Shown here: positions 1 to 9,366 of the stretch, piece after piece
Numbering within the stretch: the first letter of the stretch is position 1
Layout: every line of letters starts with the position of its first letter
Assembly (NCBI GenBank): GCA_964618705.1
Contig: CAZUBJ010000002.1
Location: 1-46,523 of the forward strand
Origin: an uncultured Candidatus Saccharibacteria bacterium
GTDB taxonomy: Bacteria; Patescibacteriota; Minisyncoccia; Phycocordibacterales; Phycocordibacteraceae
Direction: 5' to 3'
Length of the DNA stretch: 46,523 nucleotides
Position numbers and translations under genes: made by a program
Notes under the pieces: generated by a model
What the model was told of the DNA's origin: nothing
What the model saw: only the letters and a program-made list of their open reading frames with translations
The model's database searches: none

Positions 1-1020
1 AGCCTAACTCTAGGCATAGGAATCACTCTCTTCCCACAGACCGCGGGAGCCTTTTGGCCTTTTTCTATACTTCGAGCCTCTGAGGGAGAGGAAGCTGCTC
101 CAATTATTCATGACAGCAGCATCGATTTGCTACAGGCGGCTGTTAACCCAGACCCCTCCCCTCTTCCGGGTGACACCGACCTCTCACTAAGTGAAGGTTC
201 TGCGCTTATTGCGAACGCTGGTGTAGATGGCACAATTGAGGTAGACCACACTTCATCAAGTGGAAGTATTTCTACGTACACAGTAGAACAGGGCGACTCA
301 ATCTCTGGAATTGCTGCCCGCTACAAGGTGTCTGTTGACACTATCCTTTGGGCAAACGGTCTTACCAGAAAGAGTGCCATTAAGCCCGGCATGACCCTCG
401 TTATTCTTCCAGTCTCTGGCGTACGCCATACTGTCGGCAAGGGCGAGACCCTTAAGGGTATTGCTAAGGCATTCAGTGCTGATGTGGACGATATTGCTTC
501 GTACAACGGACTAGATCCAGAAGCTGCGCTTATTGCAGGAAGCGTACTCATCATTCCTGGTGGAGAACTTGCGGCGCCAGTAGTGAAGAAAGCAACCTCG
601 GTGGTAAAGAGCACCATTAAGACCGGCGGAAGCATGGGTGCAGTTAAGGCAGTTGGAAACACCAGCAAGGAGGTTTCGCTTGGAAACCCAGCACCAGCAG
701 GACGTATCTCTCAAGGAATCCACGGATGGAACGGTATCGATTTTGCAGCTCCGAAGGGCTCGCCGGTGCTTGCCGCAGCCGCAGGTACGGTGATTGTGTC
801 TCGAGTGGGAGGATGGAACGGCGGGTATGGAAACTACGTGGTTATTGACCATGGCGACGGCACTCAGACCCTCTACGCCCACCTATCCGTAGACAATGTT
901 TCAGTAGGACAAAAGGTGGCGCGTGGCCAGCAAATCGGTGGTGTTGGAAACACCGGCAAATCAACAGGCTACCACCTTCACTTTGAGGTTAGAGGCGCAA
1001 AGAATCCGTTCGCCCGGTAG
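1..1020 (+). CDS. LysM-domain / M23-family peptidoglycan endopeptidase (5' end runs off the window)
   Basis: Frame 1 has no stop from nt 1, so the listed start at 127 is not the true start. Two LysM-like repeats (SISGIAARYKVSVDTILWANGL; LKGIAKAFSADVDDIASYNGL) are followed by M23 motifs (GIDFAAPKGSPV, GNYVVIDHGDG, GNTGKSTGYHLHFEV). Confidence 0.85.
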   Translation, partial: SLTLGIGITLFPQTAGAFWPFSILRASEGEEAAPIIHDSSIDLLQAAVNPDPSPLPGDTDLSLSEGSALIANAGVDGTIEVDHTSSSGSISTYTVEQGDSISGIAARYKVSVDTILWANGLTRKSAIKPGMTLVILPVSGVRHTVGKGETLKGIAKAFSADVDDIASYNGLDPEAALIAGSVLIIPGGELAAPVVKKATSVVKSTIKTGGSMGAVKAVGNTSKEVSLGNPAPAGRISQGIHGWNGIDFAAPKGSPVLAAAAGTVIVSRVGGWNGGYGNYVVIDHGDGTQTLYAHLSVDNVSVGQKVARGQQIGGVGNTGKSTGYHLHFEVRGAKNPFAR

Positions 1021-1039
1021 CTCGTATATAAAAGTCATC

Positions 1040-1110
1040 TGCGTTGTTGTGCGTCCCGGCTCGTAGCTGCGCCGTACTATTCAGTACGTCTCCGCTCCTC
1101 CCCTACCCAC
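1040..1110. repeat. CT-rich REP-like intergenic repeat, copy 1
   Basis: gttgtgcgtcccggctcgtagctgcgCCGTACTattcAGTACGtctccgctcctcccc. The central hairpin is nearly identical to copy 2. Confidence 0.45.
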
Positions 1111-1146
1111 GCCTAGCACCTGAGCTTGTATATACAAGCTACACAC

Positions 1147-2691
1147 CTACTCGAACCCAAACATGCCGCGCGGGCGATATTGGAGTGCCTCAAGAATGTG
1201 TTCAGTCTTAATCTCGTCGCTTTCTTCCAGGTCAGCAATGGTGCGCGCAACACGGAGCACTCGATGATATGCGCGCGGTGAGAGATTGAGTTTCGTATTG
1301 GCGGTGCTCAGTAAGTCGCGCACAGCCTCGCCTACAAAGTCGGGGCTATCAAGCTCCCGTGGAGAAAGTCGTGCATTCACGCACCCTCGAGCTTCTGCCC
1401 TGCCCCGCGCGCTCGCTACACAGGCGCGTACACTTGAGGACGATGCGCCCGTGCCTGCATTACGAAGCAATCCTTCGGGAAGGTGCGGCACTTCTACCCA
1501 CAGATCAAGACGGTCAGCAATCGGCCGAGATATCTTTCGCGACTGTTTCATTGCTTCGCGCACGCGCACCTCTGCATCTGCCGTGAGCGTGTCCGCGGGA
1601 TTCATCGCGGCAACTATCATGCAATCGGCAGGAAAGGTGATACTCGCTCGAGCACGCGAGACGGTCACCACTCGGTCCTCAAGAGGTTGGCGCAAAGCCT
1701 CAAGGGTGCGTGCATCGAACTCAGCAAATTCGTCGAGAAATAATACTCCGTGATGTGCCAGAGTCACCTCTCCAGCTTTTGGATATGCGCCACCGCCTAC
1801 AATCGCTGTGTGTGAAATGGTGTGATGTGGTGCACGGAACGGTGGATAGTAAAGAGCTTCCCCGCTGCGCAACTGCCCTGCAGTTGAGTGAATAGAAGTA
1901 ACTTCGAGCCGCTCACTACTTGAGAGTGGTGGCAGAATTCCAGGCAGCGCACGGGCCAGCATGGTCTTCCCTGTTCCGGGTGGCCCATACAACACAATGT
2001 TGTGTCTGCCGGCCGCTGCAATGATAAGCGCGCGCTTCGCACTTTCCTGCCCCTTTATGTCTGCCATATCAACAGCAAGAGGCGGTGGCGGCGCCTGTGT
2101 ATCAGGCCGAAGCTTCGGAAGAAGAATTGTTCCCGAAAGGTGCGCCACCAATTCCTTGAGTGTGTTTGGTGCATAGACTGAGATATCCGATGCAAGAAGT
2201 GCTTCGTGAGCATTGTGCGGGGGCACAAATACCTGCGTGATACCTGCGGCCCGCGCCGCTACCACCTGCGGCAGAACGCCCCGCACGCCACGTAGCGCTC
2301 CATCAAGCGCGAGCTCTCCTATGTAGAGGGTAGGTTCTGCTGGAAGGGTGAGGTGTCCTGCTGCGGCGAGATAACACAATGCAATCGGTACATCAAAGTG
2401 CGAACCCTCCTTCTTCAGATCCGCCGGAGACAGGGCCAGGACAATACGCTTATTCTCTGATTTGGGTGACTTGAATCCGCTGTGTTTAATTGCGGCCGCA
2501 ACGCGGTCTCGAGCTTCTTCGACTGCCTTATCAGGAAGGCCGACAATTGAGAACGAGTGGAGGCCACGGCTCAAATCAGCCTCGATAGTAACAAGTTCGG
2601 CGAGAGCGCCAACAGGCTGCGCAGCAACCAGTGTTGCGTACCCCTTCTTCTCATCTGTCTCGGCCGGCACGTTCTCAAACGTGATGTCCAT
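1147..2691 (-). CDS. comM: YifB/ComM-type Mg-chelatase-like AAA+ protein (competence-associated)
   Basis: Walker A GPPGTGKT and Walker B-like [10 protein letters not shown]-terminal Lon-like domain ([19 protein letters not shown]). ATG at 2691 is preferred over the GTG at 2715. Confidence 0.85.
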   Translation of the reverse strand: MDITFENVPAETDEKKGYATLVAAQPVGALAELVTIEADLSRGLHSFSIVGLPDKAVEEARDRVAAAIKHSGFKSPKSENKRIVLALSPADLKKEGSHFDVPIALCYLAAAGHLTLPAEPTLYIGELALDGALRGVRGVLPQVVAARAAGITQVFVPPHNAHEALLASDISVYAPNTLKELVAHLSGTILLPKLRPDTQAPPPPLAVDMADIKGQESAKRALIIAAAGRHNIVLYGPPGTGKTMLARALPGILPPLSSSERLEVTSIHSTAGQLRSGEALYYPPFRAPHHTISHTAIVGGGAYPKAGEVTLAHHGVLFLDEFAEFDARTLEALRQPLEDRVVTVSRARASITFPADCMIVAAMNPADTLTADAEVRVREAMKQSRKISRPIADRLDLWVEVPHLPEGLLRNAGTGASSSSVRACVASARGRAEARGCVNARLSPRELDSPDFVGEAVRDLLSTANTKLNLSPRAYHRVLRVARTIADLEESDEIKTEHILEALQYRPRGMFGFE

Positions 2692-2716
2692 AGGTGTATA
2701 GTACTCCCCGCACACG

Positions 2717-2755
2717 AAAACTCCCCCGCGATACTGTGTATCGCGGGGGAGTTTT
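2717..2755. terminator. bidirectional hairpin terminator
   Basis: aaaaCTCCCCCGCGATA-ctgtg-TATCGCGGGGGAGtttt, a 13-bp stem flanked by A and T tracts. Confidence 0.8.
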
Positions 2756-2764
2756 TCAGCCAGA

Positions 2765-3400
2765 TTACGCGGCCTGCTCCTTCTTTGCGATCGTGCGGTA
2801 TGCGTGCATGAACGCCAACTGTGTGACCGGTACGGTCACAAACAGTCCTACAATAAGTGCGCAGAGACCAAGAATATTGAGTAGCAGTGTTGCGACCGCC
2901 AGCTTAAACAGCTCAAAGCGATGTCCACGAGTAAGACGAACACTTTCCTTAAGCGCTTCAACCGGACCAAGACCTTTCTCAATAACAAGTATGCCAGCAA
3001 ATGAGAATGCGAGCGCAATGATAACTCCCGGAACGATAAATAGAACCAACCCAAGAATTACTGGAATGCTCCCGAGGAAGCAGACTCCAAGGTAGCGCCA
3101 GAATGGCTTTGGATTCCATAGGTCGCGCAACTCTGCCTTGTTCACGTGGTCATGCGCCTTTAGATAGAGCGTGGTCACACCAATTCCCATAAGGAGTGTG
3201 GTAATGAATCCTTCCAAATCAATAAGGAGTTCCATCTTCTCCTTTCCGAATACAAATTCAAACAAGCCCTCTACAAGCCCAATACCGAGGCTGATAGCAA
3301 AGAGTAGTAGTGGCACTGCAACAAAGAGCCACGGACAGGCCTTGAATGTTTTCCACCCAAATGCCAAGTATTTTTTTGTGTGCGAGAGAAATTTTTTCAT
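2765..3400 (-). CDS. multi-pass integral membrane protein, function unknown
   Basis: 211-aa ORF with several hydrophobic helices ([68 protein letters not shown]). A terminator follows downstream. Confidence 0.6.
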   Translation of the reverse strand: MKKFLSHTKKYLAFGWKTFKACPWLFVAVPLLLFAISLGIGLVEGLFEFVFGKEKMELLIDLEGFITTLLMGIGVTTLYLKAHDHVNKAELRDLWNPKPFWRYLGVCFLGSIPVILGLVLFIVPGVIIALAFSFAGILVIEKGLGPVEALKESVRLTRGHRFELFKLAVATLLLNILGLCALIVGLFVTVPVTQLAFMHAYRTIAKKEQAA

Positions 3401-3405
3401 GGTAC

Positions 3406-3756
3406 TTATGTTGCGTATTCAACGCGCGTTGCTGCGGCCGGGTTTGCTTCAAGTCGCGACTCCTCAATTGGTTCCCCACTAACGGTGCAAATGCCATAGG
3501 TGCCATTTTCGATGCGTGCAAGTGCTGCGAGCACTGCGCCGTAGCGAATCTCGAGGTCTTTTAATATTGCCGCGTTATCTTCATAACCTTCAATAAGGTC
3601 CGCAGCATCAACATGGTCTGCCTCTTGCCCCACCTCCTGCGGCACTGGCTCCCAGTCACCGGGGTTTGATGGATTAATACGACCGACAGTAGCCAGCGAA
3701 GCCTCAAGCTCTGCTTTCTCTGTCTCTAGACGGGTGCGGAAGTGTTCGGTGTTCAT
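3406..3756 (-). CDS. DksA/TraR-family-like protein lacking the 4-Cys zinc finger
   Basis: The ATG at 3756 lies just after the upstream gene's stop at 3788. Coiled-coil N-terminal part with an acidic tip (DHVDAADLIEGYEDNA). The C-terminal segment GTYGICTVSGEPIEESRLEANPAA sits where the CxxC..CxxC finger normally is, but only one Cys is present. Confidence 0.55.
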   Translation of the reverse strand: MNTEHFRTRLETEKAELEASLATVGRINPSNPGDWEPVPQEVGQEADHVDAADLIEGYEDNAAILKDLEIRYGAVLAALARIENGTYGICTVSGEPIEESRLEANPAAATRVEYAT

Positions 3757-3787
3757 CGAGGGTACTCTAGCACACTCCCGCGGGCTG

Positions 3788-5377
3788 CTATTTCGCTCCT
3801 GCGGACAAGCGAACCAAAAGTGCTGCAAATGCGGCTTCGTTTCGCGCAATAATAAGGGTTTCTCGGTCTGCGTAACCATACAGCATGATGGAACGACCAC
3901 GACTATCTCGCAGGATGCGCACATCTCTGTTGGCAACAACAGCATCAACAAACCGACCCGAGACTGTTACTGGCGGCGGCGTGCTTGGCATCACGGGAAC
4001 GGTAGAAGAAGCGGTAGCGAGAGTGGTGGTTGCGGTGCTGGTCGCCACAAGCGACAAATCTACAGAAGGCTCAGGCAAGTCGTCTGGGTACATTGGATAG
4101 AGCACGCCAATCTCTCGCACCATAAGCGGCTCCCAGGTGAGCATGGCTGCGAATGTGCGTTCATACGAAGAAACGCGCAGTATAAAGAAACTTCTGGTAT
4201 CACCACCCTCGTTAATGACACCGACCGTACTGCTCTCCTCGATGTTTCGCAAGAGTAAATCAGGTGCAGATAGCGATAGTGCTTTTATGAGAACGCCGCC
4301 CGGCGCAGGAGAGCCTGCCAGCGTACCAGTTTCTCCTGTTGCTGGTTGCCCGATGTAGGTCACTACTGCTGTGCCAGGAGCAAGTTGCTCACTTGCTACA
4401 GTAGCAAGTGCTTGTAGCAGTGCTCCGCCAGTACCTTCTACCTTTTTGTACTCGTCCGCAAAAATAAGTGATGGTACTGACAACGTAATGACCGGAACCT
4501 CGTGTCGCGCGCCAATGTACAAGTACGCTGCGTACGCTCCACCAAGACCAAACACAAGCAGCGCCACTCCTGCCACAAGTATGAGTATGGGCGGACGCTC
4601 ACCACGAGTAACTTCTGTGCGAGAAGCAACCGCCTGACCAGCATCAAGGCCGGCAGCAAGCACTGAAAAAGAGGACGACTTTGTTGCCTCAGTACGGTCC
4701 TTAAAGTCTGTTGAGAACGAATGAAACGGAGCTGCTGCTTGCGGCTTTGGTGTTGGCGGACGAGGCGCAATAGGTGTGGGAACAGGAGCTGGTGCGGGAA
4801 CTTCCTCAATTGGTTCACGATACAAGGGTGGCATCGCGTGCACAGGCTCGGGCTTCGGTTCTGCAAATTGCGGTACCGGCACAGGTTGCTCCGCTACTTG
4901 TATGGGTACTGGGGCCCGCGTAGGTGCTGTTTGCACAACATCTGGCACTGGCATTGCTGCTTTAGGTAGCGTCATTTTTGCACGAAGTCGCGCAAGGACT
5001 TCGTCCCGTTTCTCTTTCGCGTCATCCTTTGGAGCGGGCTGAGAGTCGCTCTCAACATACTGATCAAGCTCAGCGCTAGACTCAAGATCCACCACTTCTC
5101 TGTCTGGCCGCTCGGGTTTCTGCTGCGCCTCAAAGAATGGTTGCTCAGCTGCGTCAAACTCAACGCCGTCAGACACCTCGCCACGCTTCTTCTTTTCTGC
5201 TGCCACTACTTTTGGCACCGGCTCAGACTTTCTCTTTGGAAGCGCACCAACATTCCCCTTCCCACTCACTTGCGCCACGTCCTTTGCGTATGTGCGAATA
5301 TACTGCGACATGTCTTGCGCAGGTGCCGCATCTGTTAGATCAACAGGGGGTGGTACTGGTGAGGTGGTGTCCGACAT
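3788..5377 (-). CDS. proline-rich, single-pass membrane-anchored protein, function unknown
   Basis: 529-aa ORF. The N-terminal half is low-complexity and P/A/E/K-rich. One TM helix (PPILILVAGVALLVFGLGGAYAAYLYIG) is followed by a roughly 260-aa globular part. Overlapping ORFs on other frames are shadows. Confidence 0.6.
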   Translation of the reverse strand: MSDTTSPVPPPVDLTDAAPAQDMSQYIRTYAKDVAQVSGKGNVGALPKRKSEPVPKVVAAEKKKRGEVSDGVEFDAAEQPFFEAQQKPERPDREVVDLESSAELDQYVESDSQPAPKDDAKEKRDEVLARLRAKMTLPKAAMPVPDVVQTAPTRAPVPIQVAEQPVPVPQFAEPKPEPVHAMPPLYREPIEEVPAPAPVPTPIAPRPPTPKPQAAAPFHSFSTDFKDRTEATKSSSFSVLAAGLDAGQAVASRTEVTRGERPPILILVAGVALLVFGLGGAYAAYLYIGARHEVPVITLSVPSLIFADEYKKVEGTGGALLQALATVASEQLAPGTAVVTYIGQPATGETGTLAGSPAPGGVLIKALSLSAPDLLLRNIEESSTVGVINEGGDTRSFFILRVSSYERTFAAMLTWEPLMVREIGVLYPMYPDDLPEPSVDLSLVATSTATTTLATASSTVPVMPSTPPPVTVSGRFVDAVVANRDVRILRDSRGRSIMLYGYADRETLIIARNEAAFAALLVRLSAGAK

Positions 5378-5429
5378 GTACTAGTTTGATTATAGCCTGT
5401 ACCCTCCCCTGTTCTGCACACAAGTACAC

Positions 5430-5459
5430 AAACACCGCTCTCTATTGAGAGCGGTGTTT
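5430..5459. terminator. hairpin terminator
   Basis: AAACACCGCTCTC-tatt-GAGAGCGGTGTTT, a perfect 13-bp stem. Confidence 0.75.
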
Positions 5460-5472
5460 GATTAGGGGCGGG

Positions 5473-5985
5473 TTATCCGCGGTGCCCTATGATGAACTTC
5501 TTTGGATCCTCACACATATCAGTGAATGCGTGCGCGGCCTCTTTCAGTTTCTGAGAAGATGATTTGCCGAAGGAGATAACCTCCACCTGACAGCCGTCAT
5601 TCTCAAGGTATTCAATGAGTGGGACAAAATCCCCATCACCGGTAGCAAGGATAACGGTATCCAGTTTCGGAGCGAGCTTTACCGCATCAATAGCGATACC
5701 CACATCCCAGTCGGCCTTCTTGGCGCCGTCAGAGAATATCTGGAGACCCTTTACCTTGGTCTCAATACCCATCTTGGTGAGTGCCTCAAAGAAATTCTTC
5801 TCGTCCCCACTTTCGGTGGAAATAACGTAGGCAATGGCGCGCACAAGTACGCGGTCCCCCACTGCTTCTTCCAAAACATTCTGGAAATTAACACGAGACT
5901 TATAAAGGTGTTTGGCACTGTGGTAGAGGTTCTGAGTATCAATGAATACCCCCACTCGCTGCGCCGGATGCTTGATTACAGGCAT
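5473..5985 (-). CDS. NYN/LabA-like (DUF88) putative RNase-fold protein
   Basis: VGVFIDTQNLYHSAK at the N-terminus and ILATGDGDFVPLIEYLENDGCQVEVISF, both typical LabA/NYN signatures. Confidence 0.75.
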   Translation of the reverse strand: MPVIKHPAQRVGVFIDTQNLYHSAKHLYKSRVNFQNVLEEAVGDRVLVRAIAYVISTESGDEKNFFEALTKMGIETKVKGLQIFSDGAKKADWDVGIAIDAVKLAPKLDTVILATGDGDFVPLIEYLENDGCQVEVISFGKSSSQKLKEAAHAFTDMCEDPKKFIIGHRG

Positions 5986-6225
5986 AACGGTATGAAATTA
6001 GAAACGTATTAAAAATGTAGGCTGGAGATTGCTCCTACCTATATATCGTAGCACCTGCTTACGCTTAGTGTCCGTAAAAAAGAGTGGAATACAAGGCACT
6101 CCTTCAAATCCTAGGGAAAAGGGGTCGGTTGCGAGGCGCAAACAAGTCGTGAAACGAGCTGTACTAGAAGTACAGTGAATGAACGATGATGTTTGAAACA
6201 AAGCAACCGGCTTCTTTTGCCGGAT

Positions 6226-6492
6226 TTACTTCTTTAGGCCGAGCTTCTTGATAAGGGAGGTATACCCCTTCTTATCATTCTTCTCTAGGTAGCGAAGATG
6301 TGCGCGGCGGTCCGCAACCATCTGAAGAAGACCACGACGACTGTGGAAGTCCTTCTTGTTCTTCTTAAGGTGTGCAGCTAGTTCGTCAATTTTGCGGCTA
6401 AGCACGGCAACCTGGACGTCAGCAGAGCCGGTGTCCTTGTCATGTCGTGCCGCATCCTTGATAACGGCTGTCTTTACGCGTTTCGTAAGCAT
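6226..6492 (-). CDS. rpsO: 30S ribosomal protein S15
   Basis: TGSADVQVAVLSRKIDELAAHLKKNKKDFHSRRGLLQMVADRRAHLRYL. ATG at 6492 gives 88 aa; the longer listed start is an upstream extension. Confidence 0.9.
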   Translation of the reverse strand: MLTKRVKTAVIKDAARHDKDTGSADVQVAVLSRKIDELAAHLKKNKKDFHSRRGLLQMVADRRAHLRYLEKNDKKGYTSLIKKLGLKK

Positions 6493-6546
6493 TGAGGCTA
6501 CATTACCACACCTTGTCAAAACGCGCAAGTGTCCCGTAATAAGGCT

Positions 6547-6873
6547 CTACCACAAGCCACTCCCCTGGCCACCTACAATGATGGCCAGAAGAAAGAATCC
6601 AACAAGGAGTAATAGGAGGCTGATATACGGAAGAAGTGCTCCAAAGAATGCAATCTTGGCCCAGCGACTCGATGCTTTGGTGACTGCCATAATGCTCGCG
6701 AAAAGCGTAATGCCAACCGAACCATAAACTACCCAGTCAAAAAACGGAGGGTGTACCTTGAACACAAACTCAATAAATAGAACCCCTGGTAGGAGTATTA
6801 ATACAGAGACAAAGCCTGCAACCAACATGTCGTAGCTGTCTGCCCGGGGAGATTTTGTCTTACTGAGAATCAT
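6547..6873 (-). CDS. small membrane protein, function unknown
   Basis: The ATG at 6873 avoids overlap with the divergent recombinase gene. Three predicted TM helices. Confidence 0.45.
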   Translation of the reverse strand: MILSKTKSPRADSYDMLVAGFVSVLILLPGVLFIEFVFKVHPPFFDWVVYGSVGITLFASIMAVTKASSRWAKIAFFGALLPYISLLLLLVGFFLLAIIVGGQGSGLW

Positions 6874-6912
6874 ACAAAAAGTGTAGCGCCCGCGAAGGCT
6901 TATACTATACGT

Positions 6913-7830
6913 ATGGACGCAAGCCAAATGAAGCGGGAATTTCTCGAATATATTGAGATTGAGCGCGGTCGCGCGGTCAAAACGGTTGAAAACTACGACC
7001 ACTACCTCTCCCGCTACTTTGAGCAGATGAAAATAGTGAGTGTTTCCGACATTTCAGAGCAAAATATTCGTGAATTCAGGCTCTGGCTGAATCGCCAGCC
7101 GGGCACGGGGCGCGACTCTATGAAGCGCCGCACTCAGAATTACTACCTTATTGCGCTTCGCGCGTTCCTGAAGTTCCTGCGAAAGCGCGGCATTGAGAGT
7201 CTGTCCCCCGAGCGCATAGAGTTGGCAAAAGTCCCCGAGCGCCACTTGGACCTTATAAACGCTAGTGAATTGGCGCGTCTGATGAAGGCCCCAATGGATG
7301 CGTATGCTGCTGAAGAAGACGAGGGAAAGAAAGCAGCTTACTTGCGGGACTCTGCAATACTTGAGCTTCTCTTCTCGACGGGGCTTCGCGTATCCGAACT
7401 TTGTGCGCTTAATGTGGACATAGATCTCTCTCGTGACGAAGTGTCGGTGCGTGGAAAGGGCGACAAGGTGCGTGTGGTCTTTCTCTCAGACGCGAGCAAG
7501 GAAGCCATTCGTGCGTATCTAAAGGCCAGAAAAGATATGGAGGAGGCGTTATTTGTAGACGGCCGCCCCACTTCCCTTCATCGCATAACCCCACGCGACA
7601 TTCAGCGTCACTTAAAGAAGTACACCGCTCGCGCGGGTATCACCAGTAAAGTCTCTCCCCATACCCTACGCCACGTATTTGCTACTGATTTGCTCCAAAA
7701 CGGCGCAGATATTCGCTCGGTACAGGCGCTTTTGGGCCACGCCAGCATCAATACCACCCAGATTTACACGCACGTGACTGACGCGCATCTGCGCGAGGTC
7801 CACAAGAAGTTCCACTCCAAGAATCGCTGA
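6913..7830 (+). CDS. tyrosine site-specific recombinase, XerC/XerD family
   Basis: N-terminal SAM-like domain (FLEYIEIERGRAVKTVENYDHYL). Catalytic region GLRVSELCAL ... HTLRHVFATDLLQNGADIRSVQALLGHASINTTQIYTHV, containing the R..HxxR..Y signature. Confidence 0.85.
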   Translation: MDASQMKREFLEYIEIERGRAVKTVENYDHYLSRYFEQMKIVSVSDISEQNIREFRLWLNRQPGTGRDSMKRRTQNYYLIALRAFLKFLRKRGIESLSPERIELAKVPERHLDLINASELARLMKAPMDAYAAEEDEGKKAAYLRDSAILELLFSTGLRVSELCALNVDIDLSRDEVSVRGKGDKVRVVFLSDASKEAIRAYLKARKDMEEALFVDGRPTSLHRITPRDIQRHLKKYTARAGITSKVSPHTLRHVFATDLLQNGADIRSVQALLGHASINTTQIYTHVTDAHLREVHKKFHSKNR

Positions 7831-7834
7831 TAGG

Positions 7835-8383
7835 CTAGTTTCCTCCTACGCACGCATTTCCACCGTCCCAGTTAAGCCATGGGGAGGCATATTTATCCCT
7901 ACAATACGCAGGAAGCGAGCCAACCTCATACATGGTTGAGTAGAACCCATTATCACTTGCAGCTGCTGCGTGCGATGTCTCCAGGCTCACACCAAGTCCA
8001 TACTGCTGATAGGGAGCATTCGACTTATAGTTGAATCTTCTGTTTAGAAATGGCCCCCCTGCATCGTCTCGTGGGAATGCGCTTATATAGTTCACCAGGA
8101 GTGTCTCAAATACGCACCAATTGCTGTTGTATCCGCACGCACCGCCATTCGTTGTATCAAAAGTGCTCGCAAACGAACCAAAGGTACTACCGGGGTATCG
8201 TCCAGTGTCTGCGTAGTACAGCTCAATTGCCTTACGCATTTCGTCTACGGCCTCGATTCTTGCCGTATCCCGGGCTCTTGCTCGGATGGTACTGAGAGAG
8301 CTCAACACTACTGACGACAGAACGCCAATGATGGCAATAACAACCAGGAGCTCGATGAGGGTGAATCCTCGGGGGAGACGCAT
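7835..8383 (-). CDS. type IV pilin (prepilin-type N-terminal cleavage/methylation domain)
   Basis: MRLPRGFTLIELLVVIAIIGVLSSVVL, the class III signal G|FTLIE. ATG at 8383 is preferred. The C-terminal region contains Cys residues. Confidence 0.8.
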   Translation of the reverse strand: MRLPRGFTLIELLVVIAIIGVLSSVVLSSLSTIRARARDTARIEAVDEMRKAIELYYADTGRYPGSTFGSFASTFDTTNGGACGYNSNWCVFETLLVNYISAFPRDDAGGPFLNRRFNYKSNAPYQQYGLGVSLETSHAAAASDNGFYSTMYEVGSLPAYCRDKYASPWLNWDGGNACVGGN

Positions 8384-8545
8384 ACCGTCAGTGTAGCAAG
8401 CCCTCACGGGAATATTGACTTTATCCACTAGATATTATATATTTACTACATCAAATCGCAGCGCTGGGGAGAAGAAGTAACGTCGAGTTTCCGAATTCAG
8501 CCAACTGCACTTGATAGTTATCAGGTGTATCGCTCTACAAAATCT

Positions 8546-8746
8546 ATGTTGCAAGGCATTATTGCTGGACTCACAGACAAGGGATTCGGATTCATTAAGA
8601 TCGAGGGAGAGGCGAAGGATCTATTCTTTCACTCAAACGAGCTCGTAAATGTTCGCTTCGATGATCTTCGTCAGGGAGACAAGGTTGAATTTGAGAAGGC
8701 TGAGGGTCCTAAGGGTCCTAACGCTATCAAGGTCAGCAAGATCTAA
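8546..8746 (+). CDS. cold-shock domain protein
   Basis: GLTDKGFGFIKIEG (RNP1) and DLFFHSNEL (RNP2-like). 66 aa from the ATG at 8546. Confidence 0.85.
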   Translation: MLQGIIAGLTDKGFGFIKIEGEAKDLFFHSNELVNVRFDDLRQGDKVEFEKAEGPKGPNAIKVSKI

Positions 8747-8753
8747 CCAAACG

Positions 8754-8780
8754 AGCGCCCGCTTGCGGGCGCTTTTGGTT
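8754..8780 (+). terminator. intrinsic terminator after csp
   Basis: AGCGCCCGCTTGCGGGCGCT followed by TTTTGGTTT. Confidence 0.75.
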
Positions 8781-8816
8781 TCTCGCGGGCAAGTTATTAG
8801 GTAACCCACCACTTCT

Positions 8817-9017
8817 ATGCAGGACGGAACGATTGCGGAGCTCGGTGAGCGAAGCTCAGGCCTCATCAAGCGAGGAAAAGACAAAGAACCTATGTTCTTT
8901 CACGCTGACTCGCTGGTGGGCACCACCTTTAGTGAACTTCGTGTTGGAGATAACGTAAGTTTTGAAAGCACGGAGAGCAAGAAAGGAGCCTACGCTACCC
9001 GCGTACTTAAGAAGTAG
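8817..9017 (+). CDS. divergent cold-shock-domain-like protein (RNP1 aromatic residues lost)
   Basis: Aligns along its length with the neighbouring csp (…FFHADSL…LRVGDNVSFE…KKGAYATRV). RSSGLIKRG replaces KGFGFIKIE. Confidence 0.55.
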   Translation: MQDGTIAELGERSSGLIKRGKDKEPMFFHADSLVGTTFSELRVGDNVSFESTESKKGAYATRVLKK

Positions 9018-9037
9018 CGTCTACAGACGAGACTAAC

Positions 9038-9066
9038 AAAAAACCGCCCATTTGGGCGGTTTTTTG
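9038..9066. terminator. bidirectional terminator
   Basis: aaaaaaCCGCCCAtttGGGCGGtttttt. Confidence 0.85.
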
Positions 9067-9285
9067 TTATGCGTCTACAGGTGTCGCTTCCCAATCCTTA
9101 TGAAACTTCTCTGCCCAGGAAACGAGCATTGGGTCACTTCTATCAAGAGACTTAATACTCTCTGCCATTTCAGGGTGCGCCACCTCAAGGTGTTTCATGC
9201 CCTCGGCAATCATGCCGTCTTCAGTTTCTGCGTGCATCACCTCCTCACACATGCCGCCCATTTGTGCACAGGTCATTGTTTTCAT
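9067..9285 (-). CDS. DUF1059-like small protein
   Basis: MKTMTCAQMGGMCEEVMHAETEDGMIAEGMKHLEVAHPEMA… matches my recollection of the DUF1059 N-terminal pattern (MxxxxCxxxGxxCdxxxxaeTeeE). It occupies the strand opposite the spurious N-terminal extension of the xthA ORF. Confidence 0.6.
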   Translation of the reverse strand: MKTMTCAQMGGMCEEVMHAETEDGMIAEGMKHLEVAHPEMAESIKSLDRSDPMLVSWAEKFHKDWEATPVDA

Positions 9286-9366
9286 ACGTCGTCTCGCAAG
9301 TCGCTAGTTAAGCTATACAAAAATCGTAGCATGCTTCCCTGCCCGATTCTGCAGTACAATGCATGT

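Noticed and set aside
1123-1140. 18-bp perfect palindrome AGCTTGTATATACAAGCT just downstream of the comM stop, as a regulatory site
   Set aside because: It is a single copy in a convergent terminator region. It is most simply part of a terminator or REP-like structure, with no gene start nearby to regulate.
9052-9366. N-terminal 105 codons of the listed 368-aa ORF preceding the exonuclease III domain
   Set aside because: The Cys/His-rich extension has no homology logic and lies antisense to a well-formed DUF1059-like gene (9067-9285). The conserved MKIVSWNVNG start at 9367 gives a normal-length XthA.
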